A program made the translations under genes and the position numbers. A stretch of 59,831 nt of DNA, the filler included, from Dugesia japonica (lineage: Eukaryota): NCBI GenBank assembly GCA_001938525.1. It is 5 parts of 5 records of this genome, joined end to end, with 100 filler letters (N's around TTAATTAATTAA, not from the genome) between each part and the next. Parts side by side here need not be neighbours in the genome. Positions count along the whole stretch, not along the records: positions 1 to 13,497 come from MQRL01645856.1; 4 more parts are not named here. One strand, 5' to 3'. Positions 1 through 12,414 of this stretch are shown in pieces (the first letter of the stretch is position 1; each line of letters begins with the position of its first letter). The notes under the pieces are model-generated. The model was not told the DNA's origin. It saw nothing but the letters and a program-made list of their open reading frames with translations, and did not search any database.

Positions 1-1049
1 TTCCTTACCATTTTGGGATCTAAGTCTAGTCAATTATTGACGATGATGACTGACTGTTTTTTTAAACAATTGTAGCGGTGTTCAATTATATCCGAACGGA
101 CGAAGCATTGCTACCGGAGATGCACATACTGTAAATCGAGCTTAGACTAGTTAGAACTACACAAACTGGTCGATAAGTTTAATTATGAACGGACTCGATC
201 GTNNNNNNNNNNNNNNNNNNNNNNNNNNNNNNNNNNNNNNNNNNNNNNNNGAGGAGGTATTGTAATGGTATGTTAGAAAAAACAAGACTGTTACTGAAAC
301 AACAATACATGAAAATAATCAATAATTTATACTAATAAACTTATAAAGAAAAATTTAAATTTCACGCCAAAAAAATAAAAGATAAAAAAAGGAAATAAGA
401 ATAAAAGAATTTTTTTTTAAATTTTCGATCAAAAAATCAGTTTAAATTTCCCACAAAATTACTTGAAGATTAAAATAAAACTAGATCTTCCCGCGACAAA
501 TCACCATCTGATCAATGAAATGAAACACAATCAGTTAAAGAAGGCTAGATAACTAATAACACTGTGTTTGATTTTGTGCCATATCGTATCGTGGATCATT
601 CATAAAATGATAGAAAATATTTTAAAAACATTTTTAAAATATTAAAAAAGTTTACAAAGTTTTAAAAAAGATTTTCAAAAAATTTTCAAAAGAAAAGAAA
701 AGAACAAAGAAAAGAAAGAAAAGACGGAAAAGAAAAATTAACTATCAAAACAATCTGATCCGATCAAAAATTTGAAATTGGTGTGTTTTACTATTTAATA
801 GTTTTAAACAGTATTATTTCTTCTGTGTTCTGTTCATTTTTAGTAATTACTCCACGAATTACTAAGACAAATCTACACTTCTTCCAAATGTATGTAACCT
901 TTTGCTTTGTTCGCAATACATGTTAAAAGGTTTTATTGGTCCGCATTATCAGTTATATTGAGAAACACTGTTCTAATCTATTAAGACACATATTTATGAT
1001 GAAAAATCAGTTAAAAGATCTAGATGCCAATTTTTAAATTTCAAAATCT

Positions 1050-2440
1050 TTCAAAATGATTCTCACATTTCTTTTCTAGTATGTTGTTAATTTTTCATCA
1101 TCAAACAATAATCCACGTACTATTCTAAATTAACTAATACAATGNTAGTTGGTTGAAACTTCACAATAGATTCTCACTAGTTTTCATTAATGGAGTTCAA
1201 ATTGTTTCACTCTTATCATCTCGTAAAATGAAGAATGTTATCACAATGTGATAATCCACTGAATTTAGCATAAGCTTTATAAACGTTTGAACTGATGCAT
1301 CGGAAAGTAAATAAATAATAATTCAATAAAAGAAAATAATATTCTAATAGTCTATTATATTATATGTAACGTTTGATAACGAACATAATTATTGATTAAC
1401 CTTCTATTATATGTTGTATTTTCCTTGAAAATAATTGTTGAACAATTCGATAATTTTAGTGTAATCAATTAAGGATTAAAATAAGTTAATGGAAATATAA
1501 AAAAGTAACAATAACAATAAAGTTAATTCATTTATTTTAGAAATGTTCTTTGGATTTCTATTAGTGAGAAATCATTTTTGTGCCTGATAAGTTTTATTGC
1601 TCAGCTAATAAAGAACCCGTAGAAAATCACCAAATATTAAATCAATTTCCCTAGTTTGTTTTCGGAACAAATTATATAACGACTATTTTTCTGGATTTCA
1701 TTTTTTCATTTTCTTTTATTTGCTTTTAGCAAGCAGAAAGTAACCTATCTTTTATCTTAGTATTGATGTTATTTTTATTAATCTTTTGAAACCGTTTTTA
1801 CAATGATCCAATAACAAAGACCATGCAGCATGTGTTTGATTACAATAGCACGAAGTCTCGGGTTGATTTCAATATCTGGAATTTCCGAAGAAATGAATTT
1901 ATTAATGTCTTCTTTATCCTTTGTTTTATATTCTGTTTTAAGGATATGTAAGATATGGGCTTGTGGTAGTACAAGCTTCTAAAACTCAATAACATAAATG
2001 TTTGCAACTGGTATACCCAAAACATGTTTTTTACTATATCATCTATTAATGATTGAAGTTTCAATTTGAAAACTCGAACAACTAAATCTGGTTTGAACTG
2101 AAAAGATTGACTTTCTTTGAGATTCTTAAAAAAGTGTTGTAATGCCATAGTTATAAAAGAAGTCACCCTTTTCACAATTTCTTACAATCGCCATTGCATC
2201 TTGATAGTTTTGTTGCATATTCCTAGGAATACCTTGAAATAATGAAGGCAAAATTACTCTTTTGCCATGAATAACTCCGGTTTTCAAAGATTGTTTTTGC
2301 AAATGATCGGTCAAACCCCTATATTTTCCAACGCGTAACGCATTTTGCTTCAGTCTTTAGTAGTTAAGGCGATTTGCTTAGTTGCAACGTACGCATCAAC
2401 AAAATAATTTTGTGTTAATTCACCAGCCGAAAGAAATTGA
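1050..2440 (-). mobile_element. Helitron Rep (HUH endonuclease) region, degenerate
   Basis: Minus-strand fragments: QNYFVDAYV, GKRVILPSLFQGIPRNMQQNYQDAMAIVR, PDLVVRVFKLKLQSLIDDI, YVIEF*KLVLPQAHIL (cf. VIEFQKRGLPHAH), MLHGLC (cf. MIHGPC); stops and frameshifts. Confidence 0.9.
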
Positions 2441-3065
2441 TTAATTGACGGATCATCTGTCATTATCAGACAAAAGTGAAAAATAAGAGATTTTCAGTCT
2501 GTATTATTCAGATAAAGGTTTAAGTAATTATACTGAATATAAGATAAAATTTCAAAATAAAAATTCAAAATCTTTTTTAATACTACTTTACAAATCCAAT
2601 AATTTTTAAATTGTTTCGACAAAATTTTCAAATTCGAAATTTCAAAATTTGTATTACACTTTTTTTATGCTGCTATTATTGGGAAAGAGTGTTGTATGAG
2701 GAGTTAACGATTAGATTTCATAATCGCAGCATTATTGTACACACAACCCTTATAATTAAATTAATATAACAATATTAGATTTAAATTAAGTATTTTTCTT
2801 AAAGGTCTATAATTTTCAAAAATTTAAAAAAAAATTTNNNNNNNNNNNNNNNNNNNNNNNNNNNNNNNNNNNNNNNNNNNNNNNNNNNNNNNNNNNNNNN
2901 NNNNNNNNNNNNNNNNNNNNNNNNNNNNNNNNNNNNNNNNNNNNNNNNNNNNNNNNAGTCTTTGTTTGAATAATATACGCTCAATAATCTCATATTTTTC
3001 ATTTTTGTCTGATGATGACGGTTGATTCGTCGAAATATTTTACATTAAAGTGTTATTTTATATGG
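2440..3065. mobile_element. Inverted pair of Penelope-like pseudo-LTR fragments (family A)
   Basis: ~2440-2520 on the minus strand and ~2958-3065 on the plus strand both match the segment following the GIY-YIG ORFs at 10460-10570 and 21555-21640. Confidence 0.65.
3005..3044 (+). ncRNA. Minimal type I hammerhead ribozyme (family A)
   Basis: tgt-CTGATGA(3009-15)-t-gacg/gttgatt/cgtc-GAAA(3032-35)-tatttt-aca; stem II gacg/cgtc, short stem I tgt/aca. Confidence 0.7.
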
Positions 3066-3124
3066 CGTTATTTATTGTTAATTAATTTATTGATTATTTT
3101 AATTAAAATTAAAAATATTCTTAC

Positions 3125-3970
3125 TGGATTCACAGAATAACTGAATTGAAATAAAAACTTAACCCATAAAGTAACTGCATACGATGTATCATCTCTCGAT
3201 GTGCTTGTATCTAACCAAAATGGTGCCACTGTAACAGAACAAAACAACATCCTGGCAAACAATGATATTGTAGAATGCATTTGAGTTTCATTAATACTTG
3301 GTAAATTTTTTCGTTTACTATTGTAATGATAAAGAATGACTTTGATAATTATGGCAAAATATATTGCTAATGAACCGAATATTGGAAAATAGATAAAAAT
3401 CAATCTTCTTACTATTCTGAATGTTAAAGTTACTCCTTGATCGACACACTCTCCCCAGGTATTATCGACTTTATATTCAACAAACCATCCAAGTCCACCG
3501 TATGATATTAGAATAGAACAACCATAACTTGTTAACAAACAACCAATTAATATTTTGTTCGAATGAAATAAACTGATTTTTCGAAAAAACAATGGTAAGA
3601 ATAACGCTAAACTTCTATACAATGTCAAATACATTTGTGCTAAATTTGAGCTTGCAAACATAACAGCATAGATACTGCCAAATACAATACAAAATGTATA
3701 ATTTTGCAAAGGAATTCTTAANNNNNNNNNNNNNNNNNNNNNNNNNNNNNNNNNNNNNNNNNNNNNNNNNNNNNNNNNNNNNNNNNNNNNNNNNNNNNNN
3801 NNNNNNNNNNNNNNNNNNNNNNNNNNNNNNNNNNNNNNNNNNNNNNNNNNNNNNNNNNNNNNNNNNNNNNNNNNNNNNNNNNNNNNNATGAATCCAATAA
3901 AACTTAATACAAAACAAGCAATCATATGAGGATAAATTTCAACAATAAATGCAGAATTATTCATTTTCAT
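3125..3970 (-). CDS. Rhodopsin-like (class A) orphan GPCR, large exon, gap inside
   Basis: Multiple hydrophobic helices; TM3 end LYRSLALFLPL (DRY-like), ECL2 Cys (WGEC), TM5 YFPIF, TM6 APFW, TM7 SYSVNP followed directly by donor gtaaga at 3124. Confidence 0.8.
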
Positions 3971-4307
3971 TAATGATATTGGTTATTTATAAATTTCTTA
4001 TTGTTTAAATATTCAATGAGAAAAAATACTAGCAAATCAAATTATTTATCCGTTTTAAATTTTTTTATTTGCTATAGTGAGAGATAATAATTTTACTATA
4101 ATAAAAAAAGTCAATAATGACATAATGCAAAATTTGGAAAATGTCTCAGTAAATTAGTGATCAGTCTGAAGATGAGCAGTTTTTCATAGAAATTTTAACA
4201 AATTAAATTATTTGTGAAACAAAAATTTAATTTTCAATATTTAGTTAATGTTATGTCTCCGATAAATATTGTAAATTAGTTTATTAAAAGTTTTATTATT
4301 TTTTTTA

Positions 4308-4950
4308 TTGTTGGGGTTCCATCTGGACTGAATGTTTATCTTATGATCAGGGTAGATCGTCTTAGAGTTCCCCTACGAAATTAAGCTAGCGTACCTTTTC
4401 TATGTATTCAGGATCTAACCCGTAGCTTAAGTGCATGCTCGTGTTTTTTGGTTTGGATTCTAGAAATGTCATTTCCCCAAATAATCACCATAATAAAAAA
4501 ACAAAAGAACTCTGAGTGTATTACTAAACTGTATTGATATGATTACAATGCTCTACCTTACTGGTCAATTGTTAACTCATTTTATAAATCAAAGAAAGCA
4601 AAATCATCCGCTTAATCCCGAGGTTCAACAATCGATGGATCTTTGGGAATGATGATCGAAGACCCTTGTGCCGATTGGTTGGCCTGATATAGGGTCAACG
4701 CTCAACTTTGTGTATTGTAGGTGACGACATATAGTAGAGTTCGCGATATAGCATTATTCCTTTCATTTGGGTTTCGAGTTCCTGCAGAAGGTTTTTTTTC
4801 ACTGGATGTGTCGGAGCAGTTCTTTGGCAAGCGGTTTGTGATAATACCGTCTAACTCTTAATCCTCGAAACAGGCGATGGCATCAGGTTAGGAATGATTG
4901 GAAAAATGATTAGATAGAAAATTTCATCATGGAATTTCCCATTTCTAGTT
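4308..4950 (+). mobile_element. Probable LTR-like repeat starting TGTTGGGGTTCCA
   Basis: GC-richer island; same terminus on the minus strand at 47310 (tgttggggttccacctg) and a related tgttggggtg at ~53325. Confidence 0.35.
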
Positions 4951-5529
4951 TATGATCATCTACAATTATTATTTATTTGCTGTGNNNNNNNNNNNNNNNN
5001 NNNNNNNNNNNNNNNNNNNNNNNNNNNNNNNNNNNNNNNNNNNNNNNNNNNNNNNNNNNNNNNNNNNNNNNNNNNNNNNNNNNNNNNNNNNNNNNNNNNN
5101 NNNNNNNNNNNNNNNNNNNNNNNNNNNNNNNNNNNNNNNNNNNNNNNNAGTAACCATTAAGTCCAAGGTTCTCAATACGCCTCAATAATAAAGAATTAAC
5201 AATAACTTTTATAAGCTTGAAGATTTTCATAAAATTATCTTGTATTTCAGTATGATTATTAGTTCGAAAAAATTATTATTATTGTGTTTAAAAATAAATT
5301 TGTAAGAATTTCTTTTAAAGTTATCATTCCAAGTTCTTTAGTGATCAATTGAATTTTAAGATAGTTAGAATGTGAGGCATTTTAACTTCATATTAAAATA
5401 AATTATGGAACACTTCTCGAAAAAAGTGTATTCTTTTGAAATTGTAACAGTACTTAGAAATCAACCTAAATATAAATAAAAATTTCACAAATAATTACTA
5501 GTGATGTTGGAAATGGTTGTCGTTTACTT

Positions 5530-6450
5530 GTAAACACTTACGAAGGCGCTGACACATATTTTTGAAAACATTTCTCAATGTTTCTCGCTGAATGTCAACT
5601 TCATTTTTGTTTTATGTTTTTAGATTATTTTCTGATTATTCAATAGCATAGTTCTTCACAACCAACAGCGTCCATTTTTGATAGAGTGTTTTTTCAGAAC
5701 AGGTTCTTTTATTAACGGAAGATGAATTTATAATGCCTGTTCGCAATGATTTCGTGAACAGTTTTCTAATGTTATGTCATGCAGAATTGCTATAAACAAA
5801 CTTTTAGCCACGTTTAAGAAGATAGTATCAGTTGGAAATGTAAATCACAATTTTGATTGATGGCGAGTTATTGCAGAAATTATAAATGATATTTGCAATC
5901 ATATGGCACATAGTCCCAGCAAATCAACACACCAATTGTGTGTAGTAACTGCTTTGTCACTTGGAACATTTAATAAGATGATTCACCTCTGCCTCCAGTA
6001 AAAATTGGTGAATAAGTGGATGTTTGTTACAGCCGTATTATTGATCCAATATTTTTGTAGAGATAATAACATCTGTCGGTGTTCCGCTATCATTGAACGA
6101 TTTTCCAAACTAGTAGATGATTATGAGCGTGAACATGCATGGTTTAGCCACATTAGTCGAAATACCATGTTTTGCCTGTGCAACATTCTGGATCATCGAA
6201 TTATCACATAAGACCAATAGCCCCGAAAATCTCCATATCTTAAACTGATTGATTTCTTTCTTTTTTGTTATTTGAAAGACGACATTTTTACTAAAAGCTC
6301 TCATACCAATGACAAATTTAAAGACTATATCAGAGATACCATTCGTACCATTCTACCAAAAACATTGAAAAATATTTTTAACAATATGTGTCAGCGCGTG
6401 CGTAAGTGTTTACAAGTAAACTGTTGGCATTTCCAACATCTCTTGTAATT
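5530..6450 (+). mobile_element. Degenerate Tc1/mariner superfamily (rosa/DD41D-like) transposon
   Basis: PRKSPYLKLIDFFLFCYLKDDIF (cf. WPPRSPDLTPLDFFLWGYLK) near 6220-6290; C-terminus RVRKCLQVNCWHFQHLL*. Confidence 0.75.
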
Positions 6451-7526
6451 ATTGGTGACTTTCTATTATTTAATTGTTATTTAATTATTGATTATATACA
6501 TGTTTGTTAAAACTTTAGGTTATTTTTACTGGTATTCAAGTTAATTTATAAAGACTGTTTCCATATCAAACGAGTAAACTTTTTAAGGGAATATGCATAT
6601 ATTGAATTATGATTTCTAATTTTTGTTTAAATTTTGTAGTTTATCTGTAAATTTCCGCGGTGTTTAAATTTGAGTAAGTTGATTTTCTTTGCAGTTTTTT
6701 AAAAATTCTTATTGTTGTATTGTAATATGGAAGATTTTATTATTTTTTTTAATGTAAATTCGATTATCAAGGCAAAATTCTTATTTTTTATAAATTTATA
6801 TAATTTATATAATAATCTTAAGCCAGTTTAGAGAAATTTCGAGTTTTGAGAAAGAATTAAATTATTTTTTTATTATGTTCACTGTGAATCTCATGCTAAT
6901 AATTACAATATTCGAAATCCTTATGCTTTAATATTAATATTACTCAAAAATTATCATTAAAATATTGCATCGTTATGAAAACACTATTGAAAACGATCAC
7001 TAAAATGTTGCCCAATTCATTACTGAAATAATACTGAACGTGATTATTATATTGTTACGAAAAGTATAACTAAAGTCATACTATAAATGATTTCCTAACT
7101 TAAAAGTTGAACATTTTATTTTATAGTGAATTATATCGCTACAAAAGTCTGATGGTATAACTAACGGACAACTCATAGTAGTATGACTATTTTTATCAAT
7201 AGTCATACTAATAAATAGTATAAATTTTTATAATATTTTAAATCCAAATAGTATGAACAAATTTAATGAAAATTCAAAAAAGAACGTTTTTTCGTCATAC
7301 TATTTAAATCCGTTAGATTTCATAAATGTTAAGAAAAATTATCAAAACCAAATAATTTATGAAAAATAAATACAAAAGTTATTTAAAAACATTTTTAGTT
7401 TTCAAAAGAACTCCGATCACGAATAAGGCAATAAAAACAAAAATTAATATGCATAATATTTTCTTAAACATACTAATCTAAAATAAAAGAAATATATTAA
7501 AGTAAAATCAAATTATTTAAAATTAC

Positions 7527-7682
7527 TTCAGTTGTTTTAATGAATTTTTCGAAATTATTTGGACATTTGAAAGAAACATTCAATGTATTTATCAAGAAAT
7601 AAAATGTTTTCTTTGAAGGACAAATGAAATAATCAGACCCAATAAAAATTTTTAATTCTGATTTATAAAAATCATAGGAATA
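7527..7682 (-). CDS. LMLN: Leishmanolysin/invadolysin-like peptidase (M8), downstream exon
   Basis: ag|YSYDFYKSELKIFIGSDYFICPSKK...FKCPNNFEKFIKTTE|gtaatt; in phase with the previous exon; Cys spacing fits the M8 C-terminal region. Confidence 0.65.
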
Positions 7683-7741
7683 CTACATANNNNNNNNNNN
7701 NNATAAAATTTCATTTAGCATTAATAAAACATAATTATCAC

Positions 7742-7848
7742 TTTTAAGCACGATGCTCCATAAAATCTATTTCCCAAATAATTTTCGATGTCATGCTCGA
7801 AACATAACGAATCACTACCATAATACGAATTTACTGCACTATGAGAAT
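7742..7848 (-). CDS. LMLN: Leishmanolysin/invadolysin-like peptidase exon
   Basis: cag|(D)SHSAVNSYYGSDSLCFEHDIENYLGNRFYGASCLK|gt, cf. EKYGPHSVCL...GSGCYQ. Confidence 0.75.
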
Positions 7849-8109
7849 CTGTAAAATAAATCTAAATTGCCTGCATGAAAAATAGAAATTTTAATTTTTT
7901 AAATATGTGAGGTTCCATTTGATTTGATAATTAATATTTATTATTTCGTATTGAATTAAATAATTTTATTTAATTGCAGTTTAGACAAATTTTAAATAAA
8001 TATTTTATTCTGAAATTATAATCTAATTAATTATAATTGAATTATGATTGCATTAATTTCATTATTATTACTAATATTATTATTATTATTATTATTCTTT
8101 GTTACTTGC

Positions 8110-8249
8110 CACCACTTCTTATAAAGCCAATTATTTTTAAACTACATTTCGACCTTGCTATGAAAATGGTTAATATATATCAATGGCTTACCATATTTTA
8201 CATATATACTAAATACTGGTGACACTATCCAAACGTTTTCATGGGGATA
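8110..8249 (-). CDS. LMLN: Two small leishmanolysin exons (8249-8192, 8157-8110) split by a 34-bp intron
   Basis: cag|YPHENVWIVSPVFSIYVKY-A-RSKCSLKIIGFIRSG; intron gtaagc...catag at 8191-8158; phases join the 12912 and 7848 exons without a frameshift. Confidence 0.6.
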
Positions 8250-9479
8250 CTGTGAAATCTCATATTTACTACATTATATTTATATCCATGTAAAAAACTT
8301 TTCAATAAATTCATCCTTCATTTTTTTTACCAATATGTGCAACCATATTATTTTTAATATCATTGAAATTAATTAATAACGCCAAAAATTTTAATTTGTT
8401 TATATCAGTCTTTGTTTAACTTGATTTTGTATTGTATGACTCATGCTCCTTCAATACGTACATTCGTGTTGCATTTTCTTTGTTTTAGTTACACCTGTAT
8501 GGCAACAATAATATTAAAACCTTTGAAATACAAACTTAATAAAAGTATATAACCGACTAATAAAAGTAAATCAAAAGTCAATTTTAAATACAAAAGTTAT
8601 TAAACAACATTTATCCTCTTTCCATGCAATATAACAGTCTGAACAGAAAACAAAATAATTTTATTATTATTTGGATTGATTTGCTTTCAGCATTTTATGA
8701 GAAAAAAGAGTTATATATCTTATGTGTAATGCACGTATCTCACTATAAAATCGCAAACTTCAGAACCAATAACAATCGTAATAATCCAATAAGATGATGG
8801 TATAAGGGACAACCACCAATGAGAGTTGAAAATTCAACTAGTTAAACAATCAAAATGAAACTAACATAACGATACATTAAAAGAACATACAAATATTGTT
8901 CATTACAACACTCAGGCGGATAATCCTAATTTAAAAATCTATCAAATTTCAAATGACAAGATAGCTATTTAAGTCTAATCACGGCAAAGTAAATCTGATA
9001 ATCATAAGCTTTTTAGAACAAGAAAGGAAAGTTGAAAATTATCAATTTAATAAAATTGAGCCACATATTATGAAATTAAGAAAGACACCCATTACAATGA
9101 AAACATAAATAATTACATTTTTNGGACAATCACGCAAATTTACGGAAAACGAATGAACAAACTCTTAACAATCAAATAGCATAATTATATCGAAGAGTGG
9201 TTATATCCAAAGATTAAACAAACAGTAGAACATGAAGGATTCAAAAAGGGAGTAATTTAGCAGAGATCTTCAAATAGCCGACATAATAATATTCGTACAA
9301 TTTTTCATAATGAAAAATTGACAAAGACCAATCCGGCAAGCAACAGCCACAACCACAATTATGAATACCAGATAATATTTTCTATTCACATTATAACCAT
9401 GGAGATTACTGGGCTTACAAAAAATGTTTAAAGTGTACGATTTTTGTCATCATTTAAATAAAAATATTTTTTGCTTTTG

Positions 9480-10570
9480 ATTATTAATATTAATATTATT
9501 AACATTTTTCTTAAAGTTACTACAAGCAAATGGATATAATAAGCAATTTTTTGACTTCGCGGACAATTAATAAAACATTGGTTGGTAATAAAATTGATTT
9601 CAAATAAAAAAATTGAAACTCTATTGAAATAATTCTGAACTTGATAACAATTTGTCAAACTGTGTTTTATCGATTCCTTATTCTGAAGGTTTTAAAAAGT
9701 TTAAGAATTGGATTTTGACAGCTGCTAAGGATCTTTCATTATTGAAAATTGTTTCTACTTTACATAAGATTGTTAATAGCTTTGTTAATAAATCCCATAC
9801 ACCAATTGGTTTGTGTTCTAACCTTTTTTTATCAATTTAAATGTAATGGGTGTGATGCCGCATACATTGGAGAGACTGTCATCATCTATGTACAAGGGTT
9901 CGAGAGCATAATCGTTTTGGTGGTAAAAGTAATATTGCTGAGCACAAAAATAAAAATAAATGTAATACAAATTTTGAAATTTCAACTTTTAAAATTTTGA
10001 TTAAACAATTTAAAAATTATTGGAAGAGACGGTTGTATGACGCATTAATGATTAGATTTCAAAATCCAAGTCAGACAGCTTTTTTGACTAAATTGATTAG
10101 AATTTTTTAGATATTAAAATTTTAAAATCTTTGATTATTTATAAATGTTTATGTTTTTTATAGGTTTTTAAATGTCTTTTATTTTAAAGCTTCGTAATTT
10201 TCAAAATAATTTGAAAAATTCATTATTTTATAGATCAAAAAATAAGATTCTAATACATCTTAAAATAGAAATTTAAAATATTTGAAAAACGTGGTATTTT
10301 TTGATTTTATAGGTTTTAAAACTGTAAAAAATATTTCTAAAAAATATTATTATAGACAAATTTTATTAAAATAAAAAATTTTCCATTAAAATAAATTTTT
10401 TGAAATTTAAAAATTCATAATTATCATTATAATTATATTATATTCAGTATTATTGCTTGAATCTTTGTTTAAATAATACAGACTGAATAAACTCATTTTT
10501 TCAATTTTTTCTAATGCTGACGGTTAATCCGTCGAAATATATAAGACTAATATTTATTTTAAATGGCGTT
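9480..10570 (+). mobile_element. Penelope-like element family A, 3' part: GIY-YIG endonuclease and pseudo-LTR
   Basis: VLSIPYSEG...FYQFKCNGCDAAYIGET...TRVREH...IAEH...LYDALMIR; degenerate hammerhead at 10511-10546; followed by (AAT)n. Confidence 0.85.
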
Positions 10571-10621
10571 ATTTATTTTTTATCAAACATTTGACACCGC
10601 TTTTTACACATTAATATTAAC

Positions 10622-10683
<62 letters not shown>

Positions 10684-10733
10684 NNNNNNNNNNNNNNNNN
10701 NNNNNNNNNNNNNNNNNNNNNNNNNNNNNNNNN

Positions 10734-10775
<42 letters not shown>

Positions 10776-10795
10776 GTAATAATAATTATATTAAT
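10622..10795 (+). repeat. (AAT)n microsatellite with gap
   Basis: Directly visible. Confidence 0.95.
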
Positions 10796-10885
10796 ATAAA
10801 TATTAAAAAATTAACAGTAATAATATTCATTTAAAATAAAATCTTCAATCAAAATTTTTGTTTTTTTGTTTGATATTTGATAACG

Positions 10886-10919
10886 ATTCGATATTTCGAC
10901 TTAGTCTTCTTCAAGAATT
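10886..10919 (-). ncRNA. Minimal hammerhead ribozyme (family B), core C3 mutated to T
   Basis: Reverse complement aattc-TTGAAGA-a-gac-taa-gtc-GAAA-tatc-gaatc. Confidence 0.6.
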
Positions 10920-11418
10920 GATTTTTTAATTTATTCAATATTTATTCTTATAATAGTAATTTTCTTTGGATAAATTTATTTTTACTAANNNNNNNNNNNN
11001 NNNNNNNNNNNNNNNNNNNNNNNNNNNNNNNNNNNNNNNNNNNNNNNNNNNNNNNNNNNNNNNNNNNNNNNNNNNATTTGTAATTCTTCATGTTTTTTTC
11101 TATGTAGTGTAGAAATGACGCCTGTTACTAATGTTTTTGGTTTGATTTTATTTAAGAAAGTGAAGTCTTCAAACACTTTCAACACAAGCATAAAATTTCA
11201 CCAGAACTACATCACATAACATGGAAAACACTAGGAATAGGCTATATTTCTACATGAAACACGAAGAATTACTAATTAAAGAAAACAATCCTAAAATAAA
11301 TATAATTTATATTAATTAAATAAATAAATTAAAATTAACCAATTAAAATTTAGTAAAAATAAATTTATCCAAAGAAAATTACTATTATAAGAATAAATAT
11401 TGAATAAATTAAAAAATC

Positions 11419-11453
11419 AATTCCTGAAGAAGACTAAGTCGAAATATCGAATC
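11419..11453 (+). ncRNA. Intact minimal type I hammerhead ribozyme (family B)
   Basis: attc-CTGAAGA(11424-30)-a-gac/taa/gtc-GAAA(11441-44)-tat-c-gaat: stem I attc/gaat, palindromic stem III AUAU, AUC cleavage triplet ending at 11448. Confidence 0.8.
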
Positions 11454-11574
11454 GTTATCAAATATCAATAAAAAAAAACAAAAATTTTGATCGAAGATTT
11501 TTTTTTAAATGAATTCTAAAAAAACGATCAATGGTTACGTCTAACAATTATTTTCGCAATAATTGCAATTGTAA

Positions 11575-11591
11575 AATAATAATCTTAATAA

Positions 11592-11656
<65 letters not shown>

Positions 11657-11706
11657 NNNNNNNNNNNNNNNNNNNNNNNNNNNNNNNNNNNNNNNNNNNN
11701 NNNNNN

Positions 11707-11768
<62 letters not shown>
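11575..11768 (+). repeat. (AAT)n microsatellite with gap
   Basis: Directly visible, immediately after the Penelope 3' end. Confidence 0.95.
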
Positions 11769-12227
11769 TTAATGAAATAAAGAAATATTGAATTTATATT
11801 TTAAAAAATTACCAAAATAATTTCCATTGTTTACATCATGACAAATAGAATTCGGATTAATAAATATCTTAAATAATATAATTATGCATAAATAAATAAT
11901 TGAATTATGTAATTAATTACATAAATATTAAAATTAGCACAATAAACAAATGCATATTTAATTTTTATTAATTCCTCAATTTTTAATTCTAAGTAAATTT
12001 TTTAAATGATCAAATTAAAAATATACTACTCACTAATTTTATTTCTCAAATCTTTTTAAAAAACTCAATTATTCAAGTGAATCCAATAAATTGATTTAAA
12101 GTCTTTTTCATCTTAAGCTTATTCAAATTACTGAAATGTTTCTAATTGAATATCGTGAGAAATTATCAAGATAGGCATTGATAAAATTTAGGATTATTAT
12201 GTTCAATTAAGCGAAATTTATCAAAAA

Positions 12228-12251
12228 TTATTATTATTATTATCATTATTA

Positions 12252-12299
<48 letters not shown>

Positions 12300-12349
12300 N
12301 NNNNNNNNNNNNNNNNNNNNNNNNNNNNNNNNNNNNNNNNNNNNNNNNN

Positions 12350-12414
<65 letters not shown>
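12228..12414 (+). repeat. (ATT)n microsatellite with gap
   Basis: Directly visible. Confidence 0.95.

Larger units (their letters stand above)
10825..11580. mobile_element. Penelope-like family B: inverted pair of 3' ends/pseudo-LTRs
   Basis: Near-perfect inverted repeat ~10825-10988 vs ~11350-11515; both arms carry the ORF tail KHEEL(L/Q)IK..N.KIN also seen at 26460-26521. Confidence 0.85.

Noticed and set aside
530-625. Possible last GPCR exon (IFYHFMN... on the minus strand)
   Set aside because: No AG acceptor at the required position and the reading frame is ambiguous.
4160-4200. Third hammerhead-like string CTGAAGA-tgagcagtttttcata-GAAA
   Set aside because: Single copy, stem II not flush with GAAA, and no convincing stems I/III.
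10563-11791. Poly-Ile/Asn/Leu ORFs here and at 31017 and 54752
   Set aside because: Translations of AAT microsatellites and N gaps.
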